A stretch of 64,000 nucleotides of DNA, from assembly GCF_044324785.1 (NCBI RefSeq), contig NZ_CP172127.1. The stretch is one strand, 5' to 3'. The notes below the pieces were generated by a model. That model saw nothing but the letters and a program-made list of their open reading frames with translations, was not told the DNA's origin and ran no database searches. This stretch comes from Escherichia coli. GTDB lineage: Bacteria; Pseudomonadota; Gammaproteobacteria; Enterobacterales; Enterobacteriaceae. This document shows, piece by piece, positions 1 to 12,936 of this stretch; the first letter of the stretch is position 1, and each line of letters begins with the position of its first letter. Both the position numbers and the translations under genes were made by a program.

Positions 1-1
1 T

Positions 2-457
<456 letters not shown>

Positions 458-545
458 AATTTCATCGGGTCCGAATTTTTGGACCTTTTCTCCGCTTTTC
501 CTTGCTGTCATCTACACTTAGAAAAAAACCAGTAAGGAAACATTT

Positions 546-1079
546 ATGCGCCTGCTCCCTCTCGTTGCCGCAGCGACAGCTGCATTTCTGGTCGTTGCCT
601 GCAGTTCTCCTACGCCGCCCCGTGGCGTGACCGTAGTGAATAATTTCGATGCTAAACGCTATCTCGGTACCTGGTATGAGATTGCCCGTTTTGATCACCG
701 CTTTGAACGTGGACTGGAAAAAGTCACCGCAACATACAGCCTGCGTGATGACGGCGGCCTGAATGTCATTAATAAAGGCTATAACCCTGACAGAGAAATG
801 TGGCAGCAGAGTGAAGGGAAAGCGTACTTTACCGGCGCACCAACTCGCGCTGCGCTGAAAGTGTCATTCTTTGGTCCTTTCTATGGCGGTTATAACGTTA
901 TTGCACTCGATCGGGAATACCGCCATGCGCTGGTTTGCGGTCCGGACCGCGACTACCTGTGGATACTCTCCCGCACGCCAACCATTTCTGACGAAGTGAA
1001 ACAGGAGATGCTGGCAGTTGCGACCCGGGAAGGGTTTGATGTCAGTAAGTTTATTTGGGTACAGCAACCCGGTAGTTAA
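546..1079 (+). CDS. blc: outer membrane lipoprotein Blc (bacterial lipocalin)
   Basis: 177-aa ORF with lipoprotein signal (LVVACSS); K-12 synteny next to ampC. Confidence 0.9.
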   Translation: MRLLPLVAAATAAFLVVACSSPTPPRGVTVVNNFDAKRYLGTWYEIARFDHRFERGLEKVTATYSLRDDGGLNVINKGYNPDREMWQQSEGKAYFTGAPTRAALKVSFFGPFYGGYNVIALDREYRHALVCGPDRDYLWILSRTPTISDEVKQEMLAVATREGFDVSKFIWVQQPGS

Positions 1080-1393
1080 TGAGTGCTGAGTTTCAGACCA
1101 ATAATCCCCAATACGATTAACGTCAGACTCGCCAGGCGCATCGGGTTAGCGGACTCGCCGAGCAGCACAATGCCGGTGATGGCCGCGCCGACTGCGCCAA
1201 TACCCGTCCACACGGCATAAGCCGTCCCTACCGGTAGCGATTTCATCGCCCAGGCAAGTAGCGCCATACTGACAATCATCGCCGTCACGGTAATAACACT
1301 TGGCGTCAAACGACTAAAGCCGTGGGTATATTTCAGGCCAACGGCCCATACCACTTCCAGCAGACCAGCAATAACTAAGATAATCCAGGACAT
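1076..1393 (-). CDS. gdx: SMR-family guanidinium exporter Gdx/SugE
   Basis: 105-aa product [26 protein letters not shown]...; the ORF-track N-terminal extension to 1456 is probably not translated; start ATG at 1391-1393. Confidence 0.9.
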   Translation of the reverse strand: MSWIILVIAGLLEVVWAVGLKYTHGFSRLTPSVITVTAMIVSMALLAWAMKSLPVGTAYAVWTGIGAVGAAITGIVLLGESANPMRLASLTLIVLGIIGLKLSTH

Positions 1394-1409
1394 ATCAGGC
1401 TCCGGAGAA

Positions 1410-1456
1410 TTGGGGCCGTCCCCGGTGAAAAGACGCGTTTGCAGGTCGTCCTGCAA
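1410..1456 (-). ncRNA. guanidine-II (mini-ykkC) riboswitch-like element in the sugE leader
   Basis: two short hairpins each with an ACGR loop (GGGGACGGCCCC and GCAGGACGACCTGC on the minus strand) immediately upstream of the gdx start. Confidence 0.55.
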
Positions 1457-1567
1457 AGCTGATGGTTGAACGGATATTTTGCCAGGTGGCAGAGGAATTT
1501 CAACTATTACCTTTGTGACTATCGCAAAAAAACAAACGGCACGACACAGCTGCCGTACCGTTATTGC

Positions 1568-1714
1568 TTATTGCTGCGCTTTCGTTGCTGCGCCAGAAAT
1601 CGCGTTACCGCCATCAGAAATGTCTTCACCAACGCCACGCGTGGTGTTGCAGGCAGTTAATACTGTTGAAAGCACCAGAACAGAAAAGATCGCTGCAATT
1701 GTCTTCTTCACCAT
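1568..1714 (-). CDS. ecnB: entericidin B lipoprotein
   Basis: 48-aa product [48 protein letters not shown]; below the 60-aa cutoff of the ORF track. Confidence 0.9.
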
Positions 1715-1824
1715 AACGTCTTCCTTTTAGGTAATGTTATTTATGTTTGCCTATAGCAAATTAATAATAGACAACATCGCCAAAAATGATGGAAATCTGA
1801 TGATTTTTCGGAAGAGAAGAAAAA

Positions 1825-1950
1825 TTAGCTGGCAGCGCGGGAGATGGAGTTGCCGAGGTGTTTGATATCTTCGCCGAAACCGCGAGCGGTGTTACAGCCC
1901 GTAAGCAGCGTGCTGGCAAGCAAAACAAGAACGATAAGGCGTTTCATCAT
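1825..1950 (-). CDS. ecnA: entericidin A lipoprotein
   Basis: 41-aa product MMKRLIVLVLLASTLLTGCNTARGFGEDIKHLGNSISRAAS; below the ORF-track cutoff. Confidence 0.9.
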   Translation of the reverse strand: MMKRLIVLVLLASTLLTGCNTARGFGEDIKHLGNSISRAAS

Positions 1951-2001
1951 CTCTAACCTGAATAAGTGATGGTGCAGCCTGCAGGCCGCACCACAACCGC
2001 A

Positions 2002-2568
2002 TTACTTCACGCGAGAGACGTATTCACCAGAGCGGGTATCCACTTTGATGACTTCGCCGATTTGTACAAACAGCGGAACTTTAACCACAGCGCCAGTAGA
2101 CAGGGTAGCCGGTTTGCCGCCAGTACCTGCGGTATCACCTTTCAGGCCCGGATCGGTATCCACGATTTCCAGTTCAACGAAGTTCGGTGGAGTAACGGAG
2201 ATCGGCTGACCATTCCACAGAGTTACGATACACTCTGCCTGATCCAGCAACCATTTGGCGTTGTCGCCAATTGCTTTTGCATCAGCAGACAGCTGCTCGA
2301 AAGTTTCGTTGTTCATGAAGTGCCAGAACTCACCGTCGTTGTACAGGTAAGTCAGGTTCATATCGACAACATCAGCGCCTTCAGCGGAATCAGTAGATTT
2401 GAAGGTTTTTTCTACGCGAGTACCGGTCAGCAGACGACGCAGTTTAACGCGAGCAAATGCCTGGCCTTTACCCGGTTTTACGAATTCACTCGCTTCAACC
2501 GCGTAAGGTTCGCCGTCTAACATGATTTTAAGACCAGCACGAAAATCGTTGCTATAGTACGTTGCCAT
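2002..2568 (-). CDS. efp: elongation factor P
   Basis: 188-aa [25 protein letters not shown]...; K-12 synteny. Confidence 0.95.
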
Positions 2569-2609
2569 AAGGCCCTCTGAAATTTGTTAATTGGTAGCTA
2601 AGCCACAAA

Positions 2610-3638
2610 ATGGCGCATATTGTAACCCTAAATACCCCATCCAGAGAAGATTGGTTAACGCAACTTGCCGATGTTGTGACCGATCCTGATGAACTTCTGC
2701 GTCTTTTGAATATAGACGCGGACGAAAAACTGTTGGCCGGACGCAGCGCCAAAAAGCTTTTTGCCCTGCGTGTGCCCCGCTCATTTATCGATCGCATGGA
2801 GAAAGGCAATCCGAACGATCCGCTTTTGCGTCAGGTAATTACCTCGCAAGATGAGTTTGTCGTCGCGCCCGGATTCTCCACCGACCCGCTGGAAGAACAG
2901 CACAGCGTAGTGCCAGGTTTGTTGCATAAATACCACAACCGGGCGCTTTTGCTGGTCAAAGGCGGCTGCGCGGTAAATTGCCGCTATTGCTTCCGTCGCC
3001 ACTTCCCCTATGCCGAAAATCAGGGCAACAAGCGTAACTGGCAGACTGCACTTGAGTATGTTGCTGCGCATCCGGAACTGGACGAGATGATTTTCTCCGG
3101 CGGCGATCCGCTGATGGCGAAAGATCACGAGCTGGACTGGTTGCTCACACAACTGGAAGCCATCCCGCATATCAAACGTCTGCGGATTCACAGCCGTCTG
3201 CCGATTGTGATCCCGGCACGCATCACAAATGCGCTGGTTGAACGCTTTTCACATTCTACGCTGCAAATCTTGCTGGTGAATCACATCAACCATGCCAATG
3301 AGATAGATGAAACATTCCGTCAGGCGATGGCTAAGTTGCGCCGGGTAGGCGTTACTTTGCTGAACCAGAGCGTTCTGTTACGTGGCGTGAACGATAACGC
3401 GCAAACGCTGGCAAACCTGAGTAATGCGTTGTTCGATGCGGGCGTGATGCCGTATTACCTGCATGTGCTCGATAAAGTTCAGGGCGCGGCGCATTTTATG
3501 GTGAGTGATGACGAAGCACGGCAGATTATGCGTGAGTTGCTGACACTGGTGTCGGGATATCTGGTGCCTAAACTGGCGCGAGAAATTGGCGGCGAACCCA
3601 GCAAAACGCCGTTGGATCTCCAGCTACGCCAGCAGTAA
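2610..3638 (+). CDS. epmB: EF-P beta-lysylation enzyme EpmB (lysine 2,3-aminomutase-like radical SAM)
   Basis: 342-aa ORF with CxxxCxxC radical-SAM motif (CAVNCRYCFRRHF); divergent from efp. Confidence 0.9.
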   Translation: MAHIVTLNTPSREDWLTQLADVVTDPDELLRLLNIDADEKLLAGRSAKKLFALRVPRSFIDRMEKGNPNDPLLRQVITSQDEFVVAPGFSTDPLEEQHSVVPGLLHKYHNRALLLVKGGCAVNCRYCFRRHFPYAENQGNKRNWQTALEYVAAHPELDEMIFSGGDPLMAKDHELDWLLTQLEAIPHIKRLRIHSRLPIVIPARITNALVERFSHSTLQILLVNHINHANEIDETFRQAMAKLRRVGVTLLNQSVLLRGVNDNAQTLANLSNALFDAGVMPYYLHVLDKVQGAAHFMVSDDEARQIMRELLTLVSGYLVPKLAREIGGEPSKTPLDLQLRQQ

Positions 3639-3872
3639 CTGATTAAACAGGGAAGTTTAATCTTTGCACGTTGCATAACCTTTAATTATTCATATACATT
3701 GCTGTTATTACTTTTTATATAACCAACACCAATAATTAACCTTTCTTTTCTGTTTATATAGAGTGAGCACGGCTATTTATGTTATTTTAACAACTATTAC
3801 TACCAAGCCCATTTATCTGGCTTATAAATTAAAATTAATTATTTAATTGAGAAATGGTTAGGGAGAACCTAC

Positions 3873-4742
3873 ATGGCCATAAGCATCAAGGGTGTTAATA
3901 CCGGTGTTATTCGCAAGAGCAATAATTTCATTGCACTGGCGCTGAAAATTAAAGAGCCTCGCAATAAAGAATCGTTGTTCTTTCTGTCTGTCATGGAACT
4001 GCGCGACCTTCTGATTGCGCTGGAAAGCCGTCTGCATCAAAAGCATAAACTGGATGCTGCTGCACGCCTTCAGTATGAGCAAGCTCGCGATAAAGTCATT
4101 AAGAAAATGGCAGAAAATATCCCAGAAATTCTGGTTGATGAGCTTAAAAATGCCGATATTAATCGTCGGGTTAACACGCTGGAACTTACCGATAATCAGG
4201 GTGAAAATCTTACCTTCGTATTAACGCTACATGACGGTAGCAAATGTGAGTTAGTCATCAATGAATTGCAGATTGAAATGCTGGCGCGAGCAATCATTCA
4301 TGCAATTAATAATGCGGAAATGCGTGAACTGGCATTACGTATTACCTCACTGTTAGATTTCCTGCCGTTATACGACGTTGACTGCCAGGACAATGGCAAT
4401 CTGGAATATGACACCTATTCCCAACCGGAATGGAAACATAACTTGTTCAACCATTATCTGGCGGTGCTTTACCGCTTTAAAGATGAAAGTGGCAAAGAAC
4501 AATTTAGCGGCGCAGTGGTGAAAACGCGTGAAGCAACGCCGGGTAAAGAAGTGGAGGCGATCACTCGCCGAATGCTTGATTTCAGCCCACGACTGAAAAA
4601 ACTCGCGGGTGTACCATGTCAGGTCTATGTTCGCACCGTAGCGGCAAATAACGCCCAACTGCTAACCCAGGATCAATGCTTACGCGCGCTACATCACTTA
4701 CGTGTTCAATCCACCAGCAAAACTGCACCACAGGCGAAATAA
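3873..4742 (+). CDS. yjeJ: uncharacterised protein YjeJ
   Basis: 289-aa ORF in the K-12 position between epmB and yjeI/groL. Confidence 0.75.
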   Translation: MAISIKGVNTGVIRKSNNFIALALKIKEPRNKESLFFLSVMELRDLLIALESRLHQKHKLDAAARLQYEQARDKVIKKMAENIPEILVDELKNADINRRVNTLELTDNQGENLTFVLTLHDGSKCELVINELQIEMLARAIIHAINNAEMRELALRITSLLDFLPLYDVDCQDNGNLEYDTYSQPEWKHNLFNHYLAVLYRFKDESGKEQFSGAVVKTREATPGKEVEAITRRMLDFSPRLKKLAGVPCQVYVRTVAANNAQLLTQDQCLRALHHLRVQSTSKTAPQAK

Positions 4743-4791
4743 TCCCATCTGTTTTACTACGAGGCTGGAAGTATCCAGCCTCTGGATCCCA

Positions 4792-5145
4792 TCAGTTCGG
4801 GCACTTATATACCTGGCCGATAATCTGGCTATCCGTCGGGACAAAACTGGACAACATCCCCTGCGACGGGCTGCTGATGCCATAAATCACGTTACCGCCC
4901 ATTGCAGCCGCCTGGTTGCGCAGATCGTTTGCTGCGCCGCGCATAGAACCGCCCTCTTCACCGTGTTGCCCGGAAAGCCAGTTGCTTTGCTTACCTGTCG
5001 CAGTACCAATCAGCTGGCACTCTGCGCCTGGCTGCTCGTCCACAATGCGTACACTCTGACCGGCAGCACTCAATTCGTTGCTGGAGCTACAACCCGCCAT
5101 CAGTAGCGCGGCACCGACAATCCCTGCTAAGTATTTTACGTGCAT
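4792..5145 (-). CDS. yjeI: putative lipoprotein YjeI
   Basis: 117-aa product MHVKYLAGIVGAALLMAGCSS... with lipobox; ORF-track N-terminal extension discarded. Confidence 0.8.
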   Translation of the reverse strand: MHVKYLAGIVGAALLMAGCSSSNELSAAGQSVRIVDEQPGAECQLIGTATGKQSNWLSGQHGEEGGSMRGAANDLRNQAAAMGGNVIYGISSPSQGMLSSFVPTDSQIIGQVYKCPN

Positions 5146-5225
5146 GTTATTCCCCATAATCAATGAGCTGGACGCCACTCGCGTCGTCCGTGTCTGAATC
5201 TTATACTAGAAAGATGACCAAAAGA

Positions 5226-5262
5226 AAAACCCCCAGACATTTCTGCCCGGGGGTTTGTTTAT
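5226..5262. terminator. bidirectional rho-independent terminator between groL and yjeI
   Basis: AAAAACCCCCagacatttctgcccGGGGGTTTgtttattt: GC stem flanked by A-run and T-run. Confidence 0.6.
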
Positions 5263-5282
5263 TTCTGCGAGGTGCAGGGCAA

Positions 5283-6941
<1,659 letters not shown>

Positions 6942-6972
6942 TTAAATTCGTATGTTCAGTGTCGTGCGCGGA

Positions 6973-7317
<345 letters not shown>

Positions 7318-7344
7318 TTACGTGGTTTCCCGGCTGGTGACCAG

Positions 7345-7376
7345 AGAAATGGGGATGAGGCTTCGCCCCTTCAAGG
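7345..7376 (-). promoter_or_regulatory. sigma-32 heat-shock promoter of groSL
   Basis: minus strand reads CCCCCTTGAAggggcgaagcctcatCCCCATTTc, matching the sigma-32 -35 CTTGAA and -10 CCCCATnT consensus, about 80-110 bp upstream of groS. Confidence 0.7.
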
Positions 7377-7541
7377 GGGGAAAAGAAAAAAAATTCTGAT
7401 CAGCACAAAATCGGGTGAAAACCCTGATTCACCTCACATTTCATCGCAATTTCTTCATCACCGTCATAAGCGAATCTGATTGTGCTACCATCGAAAATCT
7501 ACGCAGTTGCCCATAATTTGGGCGCAATCGGACATCAACCC

Positions 7542-8798
7542 ATGAGTGGACTCAAACAAGAACTGGGGCTGGCCCAGGGCATTGGCCTGCTATCGACGTC
7601 ATTATTAGGCACTGGCGTGTTTGCCGTTCCTGCGTTAGCTGCGCTGGTAGCGGGCAATAACAGCCTGTGGGCGTGGCCCGTTTTGATTATCTTAGTGTTC
7701 CCGATTGCGATTGTGTTTGCGATTCTGGGTCGCCACTATCCCAGCGCAGGCGGTGTCGCGCACTTCGTCGGTATGGCGTTTGGTTCGCGGCTTGAGCGAG
7801 TCACCGGCTGGTTGTTTTTATCGGTCATTCCCGTGGGTTTGCCTGCCGCGTTACAAATTGCTGCCGGGTTCGGCCAGGCAATGTTTGGCTGGCATAGCTG
7901 GCAACTGTTGTTGGCAGAACTCGGTACGCTGGCGCTGGTGTGGTATATCGGTACTCGCGGTGCCAGTTCCAGTGCTAATCTACAAACAGTTATTGCCGGA
8001 CTTATCGTCGCGCTGATTGTCGCTATCTGGTGGGCGGGCGATATCAAACCTGCGAATATCCCCTTCCCTGCACCTGGTAATATCGAACTTACCGGGTTAT
8101 TTGCTGCGTTATCAGTGATGTTCTGGTGCTTTGTCGGTCTGGAAGCATTTGCCCATCTTGCCTCGGAATTTAAAAATCCAGAGCGTGATTTTCCTCGTGC
8201 TTTGATGATTGGTCTGCTGCTGGCAGGATTAGTCTACTGGGGCTGTACGGTAGTCGTCTTACACTTCGACGCCTATGGTGAACAAATGGCGGCAGCAGCA
8301 TCGCTTCCAAAAATTGTAGTGCAACTGTTCGGTGTAGGAGCGTTATGGATTGCCTGCGTGATTGGCTATCTGGCCTGCTTTGCCAGTCTCAACATTTATA
8401 TACAGAGCTTCGCCCGCCTGGTCTGGTCGCAGGCACAACATAATCCTGACCACTACCTGGCACGCCTCTCTGCTCGTCATATCCCGAATAATGCCCTCAA
8501 TGCGGTGCTCGGCTGCTGCGTGGTGAGCACGTTGGTGATTCATGCTTTAGAGATCAATCTGGACGCTCTTATTATTTATGCCAATGGCATCTTTATTATG
8601 ATTTATCTGTTATGCATGCTGGCAGGTTGTAAATTATTGCAAGGACGTTATCGACTACTGGCGGTGGTTGGCGGGCTGTTATGCGTTCTGTTACTGGCAA
8701 TGGTCGGCTGGAAAAGTCTCTATGCGCTGATCATGCTGGCGGGGTTATGGCTGTTTCTGCCAAAACGAAAAACGCCGGAAAATGGCATAACCACATAA
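7542..8798 (+). CDS. yjeH: APC-family amino acid exporter YjeH
   Basis: 418-aa polytopic membrane protein from MSGLKQELGLAQGIGLL...; the ORF-track 20-aa N-terminal extension is probably not translated. Confidence 0.85.
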   Translation: MSGLKQELGLAQGIGLLSTSLLGTGVFAVPALAALVAGNNSLWAWPVLIILVFPIAIVFAILGRHYPSAGGVAHFVGMAFGSRLERVTGWLFLSVIPVGLPAALQIAAGFGQAMFGWHSWQLLLAELGTLALVWYIGTRGASSSANLQTVIAGLIVALIVAIWWAGDIKPANIPFPAPGNIELTGLFAALSVMFWCFVGLEAFAHLASEFKNPERDFPRALMIGLLLAGLVYWGCTVVVLHFDAYGEQMAAAASLPKIVVQLFGVGALWIACVIGYLACFASLNIYIQSFARLVWSQAQHNPDHYLARLSARHIPNNALNAVLGCCVVSTLVIHALEINLDALIIYANGIFIMIYLLCMLAGCKLLQGRYRLLAVVGGLLCVLLLAMVGWKSLYALIMLAGLWLFLPKRKTPENGITT

Positions 8799-8813
8799 TC
8801 CGGCGTTTCGGCA

Positions 8814-9290
8814 TTAATCCTGGCGATCGTCTTTATGATCAAGGCGGTCGCGGTCATCATCCTTTCGCTGGTACTCACCATCAAAAGTATTACCGCCACC
8901 GGTCCCGGCGCTAAAACCGCCGCCTGGCATGCGAGAAAAGCGCAAATGCGGCATCAACTTCACAGTCAGATGCTTTTGCACCGGCGGTAATAAAAGCAGA
9001 AGACCGAGGAAGTCGGTGAAAAAGCCCGGTAATAAAAGCAGCAAACCGGCAATGATCAGCGAAACACTTTTAATCATCTCCGCCGCTGGGTTTTCACCTG
9101 CTGCCATTTTTTGCTGCATCAGCACGAAATTCTTAAAGCCCTGGTTACGTACCAGTGACATACCGATAACTGACGTGAATATAACCAGCACGAGGGTCAG
9201 CAATACCCCCAATACATGGGCAACCTGAATAAAGATTGAAATCTCAATATAGACATAAAGGAAAATGGCAATAAAAGGTAACCAGCGCAA
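8814..9290 (-). CDS. fxsA: inner membrane protein FxsA
   Basis: 158-aa ORF with N-terminal transmembrane segments and acidic C-terminus; K-12 synteny. Confidence 0.85.
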   Translation of the reverse strand: MRWLPFIAIFLYVYIEISIFIQVAHVLGVLLTLVLVIFTSVIGMSLVRNQGFKNFVLMQQKMAAGENPAAEMIKSVSLIIAGLLLLLPGFFTDFLGLLLLLPPVQKHLTVKLMPHLRFSRMPGGGFSAGTGGGNTFDGEYQRKDDDRDRLDHKDDRQD

Positions 9291-9626
9291 AGGTTTCTCC
9301 TGTAATAGCAGCCGGTTAAACCCGGCTACCTGAATGGGTTGCGAATCGCGTTCAGCTTATATTGTGGTCATTAGCAAAATTTCAAGATGTTTGCGCAACT
9401 ATTTTTGGTAGTAATCCCAAAGCGGTGATCTATTTCACAAATTAATAATTAAGGGGTAAAAACCGACACTTAAAGTGATCCAGATTACGGTAGAAATCCT
9501 CAAGCAGCATATGATCTCGGGTATTCGGTCGATGCAGGGGATAATCGTCGGTCGAAAAACATTCGAAACCACATATATTCTGTGTGTTTAAAGCAAATCA
9601 TTGGCAGCTTGAAAAAGAAGGTTCAC

Positions 9627-11063
9627 ATGTCAAACAACATTCGTATCGAAGAAGATCTGTTGGGTACCAGGGAAGTTCCAGCTGATGCCTACTATGGTGT
9701 TCACACTCTGAGAGCGATTGAAAACTTCTATATCAGCAACAACAAAATCAGTGATATTCCTGAATTTGTTCGCGGTATGGTAATGGTTAAAAAAGCCGCA
9801 GCTATGGCAAACAAAGAGCTGCAAACCATTCCTAAAAGTGTAGCGAATGCCATCATTGCCGCATGTGATGAAGTCCTGAACAACGGAAAATGCATGGATC
9901 AGTTCCCGGTAGACGTCTACCAGGGCGGCGCAGGTACTTCCGTAAACATGAACACCAACGAAGTGCTGGCCAATATCGGTCTGGAACTGATGGGTCACCA
10001 GAAAGGTGAATATCAGTACCTGAACCCGAACGACCATGTTAACAAATGTCAGTCCACTAACGACGCCTACCCGACCGGTTTCCGTATCGCTGTTTACTCT
10101 TCCCTGATTAAGCTGGTAGATGCGATTAACCAACTGCGTGAAGGCTTTGAACGTAAAGCTGTCGAATTCCAGGACATCCTGAAAATGGGTCGTACCCAGC
10201 TGCAGGACGCAGTACCGATGACCCTCGGTCAGGAATTCCGCGCTTTCAGCATCCTGCTGAAAGAAGAAGTGAAAAACATCCAACGTACCGCTGAACTGCT
10301 GCTGGAAGTTAACCTTGGCGCAACAGCAATCGGTACTGGTCTCAACACGCCGAAAGAGTACTCTCCGCTGGCAGTGAAAAAACTGGCTGAAGTCACTGGC
10401 TTCCCATGTGTACCGGCTGAAGACCTGATCGAAGCGACCTCTGACTGCGGCGCTTATGTAATGGTTCACGGCGCGCTGAAACGCCTGGCTGTGAAGATGT
10501 CCAAAATCTGTAACGACCTGCGCTTGCTCTCTTCTGGCCCACGTGCCGGCCTGAACGAGATCAACCTGCCGGAACTGCAGGCGGGCTCTTCCATCATGCC
10601 AGCTAAAGTAAACCCGGTTGTTCCGGAAGTGGTTAACCAGGTATGCTTCAAAGTCATCGGTAACGACACCACTGTTACCATGGCAGCAGAAGCAGGTCAG
10701 CTGCAGTTGAACGTTATGGAGCCGGTCATTGGCCAGGCTATGTTCGAATCCGTTCACATTCTGACCAACGCTTGCTACAACCTGCTGGAAAAATGCATTA
10801 ACGGCATCACTGCTAACAAAGAAGTGTGCGAAGGTTACGTTTACAACTCTATCGGTATCGTTACTTACTTGAACCCGTTCATCGGTCACCACAACGGTGA
10901 CATCGTGGGTAAAATCTGTGCCGAAACCGGTAAGAGTGTACGTGAAGTCGTTCTGGAACGCGGTCTGTTGACTGAAGCGGAACTTGACGATATTTTCTCC
11001 GTACAGAATCTGATGCACCCGGCTTACAAAGCAAAACGCTATACTGATGAAAGCGAACAGTAA
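9627..11063 (+). CDS. aspA: aspartate ammonia-lyase
   Basis: 478-aa product [34 protein letters not shown]..., fumarase/aspartase family. Confidence 0.95.
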
Positions 11064-11085
11064 TCGTACAGGGTAGTACAAATAA

Positions 11086-11115
11086 AGAAGGCACGTCAGA
11101 TGACGTGCCTTTTTT
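11086..11115 (+). terminator. rho-independent terminator after aspA
   Basis: GGCACGTCAgatGACGTGCC hairpin followed by TTTTTTCTT. Confidence 0.65.
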
Positions 11116-11180
11116 CTTGTGAGCAGTAACTTAAAAATAACAATCTAATATCAACTTGTTAAAAAACAAGGAAGGCTAAT

Positions 11181-12482
11181 ATGCTAGTTGTAGAACTCAT
11201 CATAGTTTTGCTGGCGATCTTCTTGGGCGCCAGATTGGGGGGAATAGGTATTGGTTTTGCAGGCGGATTGGGGGTGCTGGTTCTTGCCGCTATTGGCGTT
11301 AAACCCGGTAACATCCCGTTCGATGTCATTTCCATTATCATGGCGGTTATCGCCGCTATTTCTGCCATGCAGGTTGCTGGCGGTCTGGACTATCTGGTTC
11401 ATCAGACAGAAAAGCTGCTGCGCCGTAACCCGAAATACATCACGATCCTCGCGCCGATCGTGACCTATTTCCTGACAATCTTTGCTGGTACTGGCAACAT
11501 CTCTCTGGCGACACTGCCAGTTATCGCTGAAGTTGCGAAGGAACAAGGCGTTAAACCTTGCCGTCCGCTGTCTACTGCAGTGGTATCCGCGCAGATTGCG
11601 ATCACCGCATCGCCAATCTCAGCGGCAGTGGTTTACATGTCTTCCGTGATGGAAGGTCATGGCATCAGCTACCTCCATCTGCTCTCCGTGGTCATCCCGT
11701 CCACCCTGCTGGCGGTTCTGGTGATGTCCTTCCTGGTCACTATGCTGTTCAACTCCAAACTCTCTGACGATCCGATTTATCGCAAGCGTCTGGAAGAAGG
11801 CCTGGTTGAACTGCGCGGTGAAAAGCAGATTGAAATCAAATCCGGTGCAAAAACGTCCGTCTGGCTGTTCCTGCTGGGCGTAGTTGGCGTGGTTATCTAT
11901 GCAATCATCAACAGCCCAAGCATGGGTCTGGTTGAAAAACCGCTGATGAACACCACCAACGCAATCCTGATCATCATGCTCAGCGTTGCAACTCTGACCA
12001 CCGTTATCTGTAAAGTCGATACTGACAACATCCTCAACTCCAGCACCTTCAAAGCAGGTATGAGCGCCTGTATTTGTATCCTGGGTGTTGCGTGGCTGGG
12101 CGATACTTTCGTTTCCAACAATATCGACTGGATCAAAGATACCGCTGGTGAAGTGATTCAGGGTCATCCGTGGCTGCTGGCCGTCATCTTCTTCTTTGCT
12201 TCTGCTCTGCTGTACTCTCAGGCTGCAACCGCAAAAGCACTGATGCCGATGGCTCTGGCACTGAACGTTTCTCCTCTGACCGCTGTTGCTTCTTTCGCTG
12301 CGGTGTCTGGTCTGTTCATTCTGCCGACCTACCCGACGCTGGTTGCTGCGGTACAGATGGATGACACGGGTACTACCCGTATCGGTAAATTCGTCTTCAA
12401 CCATCCGTTCTTCATCCCGGGTACTCTGGGTGTTGCCCTGGCCGTTTGCTTCGGCTTCGTGCTGGGTAGCTTCATGCTGTAA
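11181..12482 (+). CDS. dcuA: anaerobic C4-dicarboxylate transporter DcuA
   Basis: 433-aa polytopic membrane protein; K-12 aspA-dcuA arrangement. Confidence 0.93.
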   Translation: MLVVELIIVLLAIFLGARLGGIGIGFAGGLGVLVLAAIGVKPGNIPFDVISIIMAVIAAISAMQVAGGLDYLVHQTEKLLRRNPKYITILAPIVTYFLTIFAGTGNISLATLPVIAEVAKEQGVKPCRPLSTAVVSAQIAITASPISAAVVYMSSVMEGHGISYLHLLSVVIPSTLLAVLVMSFLVTMLFNSKLSDDPIYRKRLEEGLVELRGEKQIEIKSGAKTSVWLFLLGVVGVVIYAIINSPSMGLVEKPLMNTTNAILIIMLSVATLTTVICKVDTDNILNSSTFKAGMSACICILGVAWLGDTFVSNNIDWIKDTAGEVIQGHPWLLAVIFFFASALLYSQAATAKALMPMALALNVSPLTAVASFAAVSGLFILPTYPTLVAAVQMDDTGTTRIGKFVFNHPFFIPGTLGVALAVCFGFVLGSFML

Positions 12483-12487
12483 TGACC

Positions 12488-12512
12488 AATCGCGGGGCGT
12501 TCACGCCCCGCT
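12488..12512 (+). terminator. rho-independent terminator after dcuA
   Basis: GCGGGGCGttcaCGCCCCGC hairpin followed by TTTCTTT. Confidence 0.6.
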
Positions 12513-12597
12513 TTCTTTCCCGCCGACTAACATCCTTCCCCCGTCCGTTGTATAGTGACCTCTCTCTTGCGGTTCCATCTGTTCTTGCGAGGTGTTT

Positions 12598-12936
12598 ATG
12601 CTTGATGAAAAAAGTTCGAATACCGCGTCTGTCGTGGTGCTATGTACGGCACCGGATGAAGCGACAGCCCAGGATTTAGCCGCCAAAGTGCTGGCGGAAA
12701 AACTGGCGGCCTGCGCGACCTTGATCCCCGGCGCTACCTCTCTCTATTACTGGGAAGGTAAGCTGGAGCAAGAATACGAAGTGCAGATGATTTTAAAAAC
12801 TACCGTATCTCACCAGCAGGCACTGCTGGAATGCCTGAAGTCTCATCATCCATACCAAACCCCGGAACTTCTGGTTTTACCTGTTACACACGGAGACACA
12901 GATTACCTCTCATGGCTCAACGCATCTTTACGCTGA
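12598..12936 (+). CDS. cutA: divalent-cation tolerance protein CutA
   Basis: 112-aa product [32 protein letters not shown]... Confidence 0.9.

Noticed and set aside
1076-1456. 126-aa version of sugE with 21-aa N-terminal extension
   Set aside because: The extension covers the riboswitch-like leader; the canonical 105-aa protein starts at the internal ATG (1393).
1966-2520. 184-aa plus-strand ORF opposite efp
   Set aside because: Antisense to efp; spurious.
9630-11081. 483-aa minus-strand ORF opposite aspA
   Set aside because: Antisense shadow ORF of aspA; no RBS or context, and aspA identity is unambiguous.
11619-12404. 261-aa minus-strand ORF opposite dcuA
   Set aside because: Antisense to dcuA; His/Gln/Arg-rich nonsense translation.
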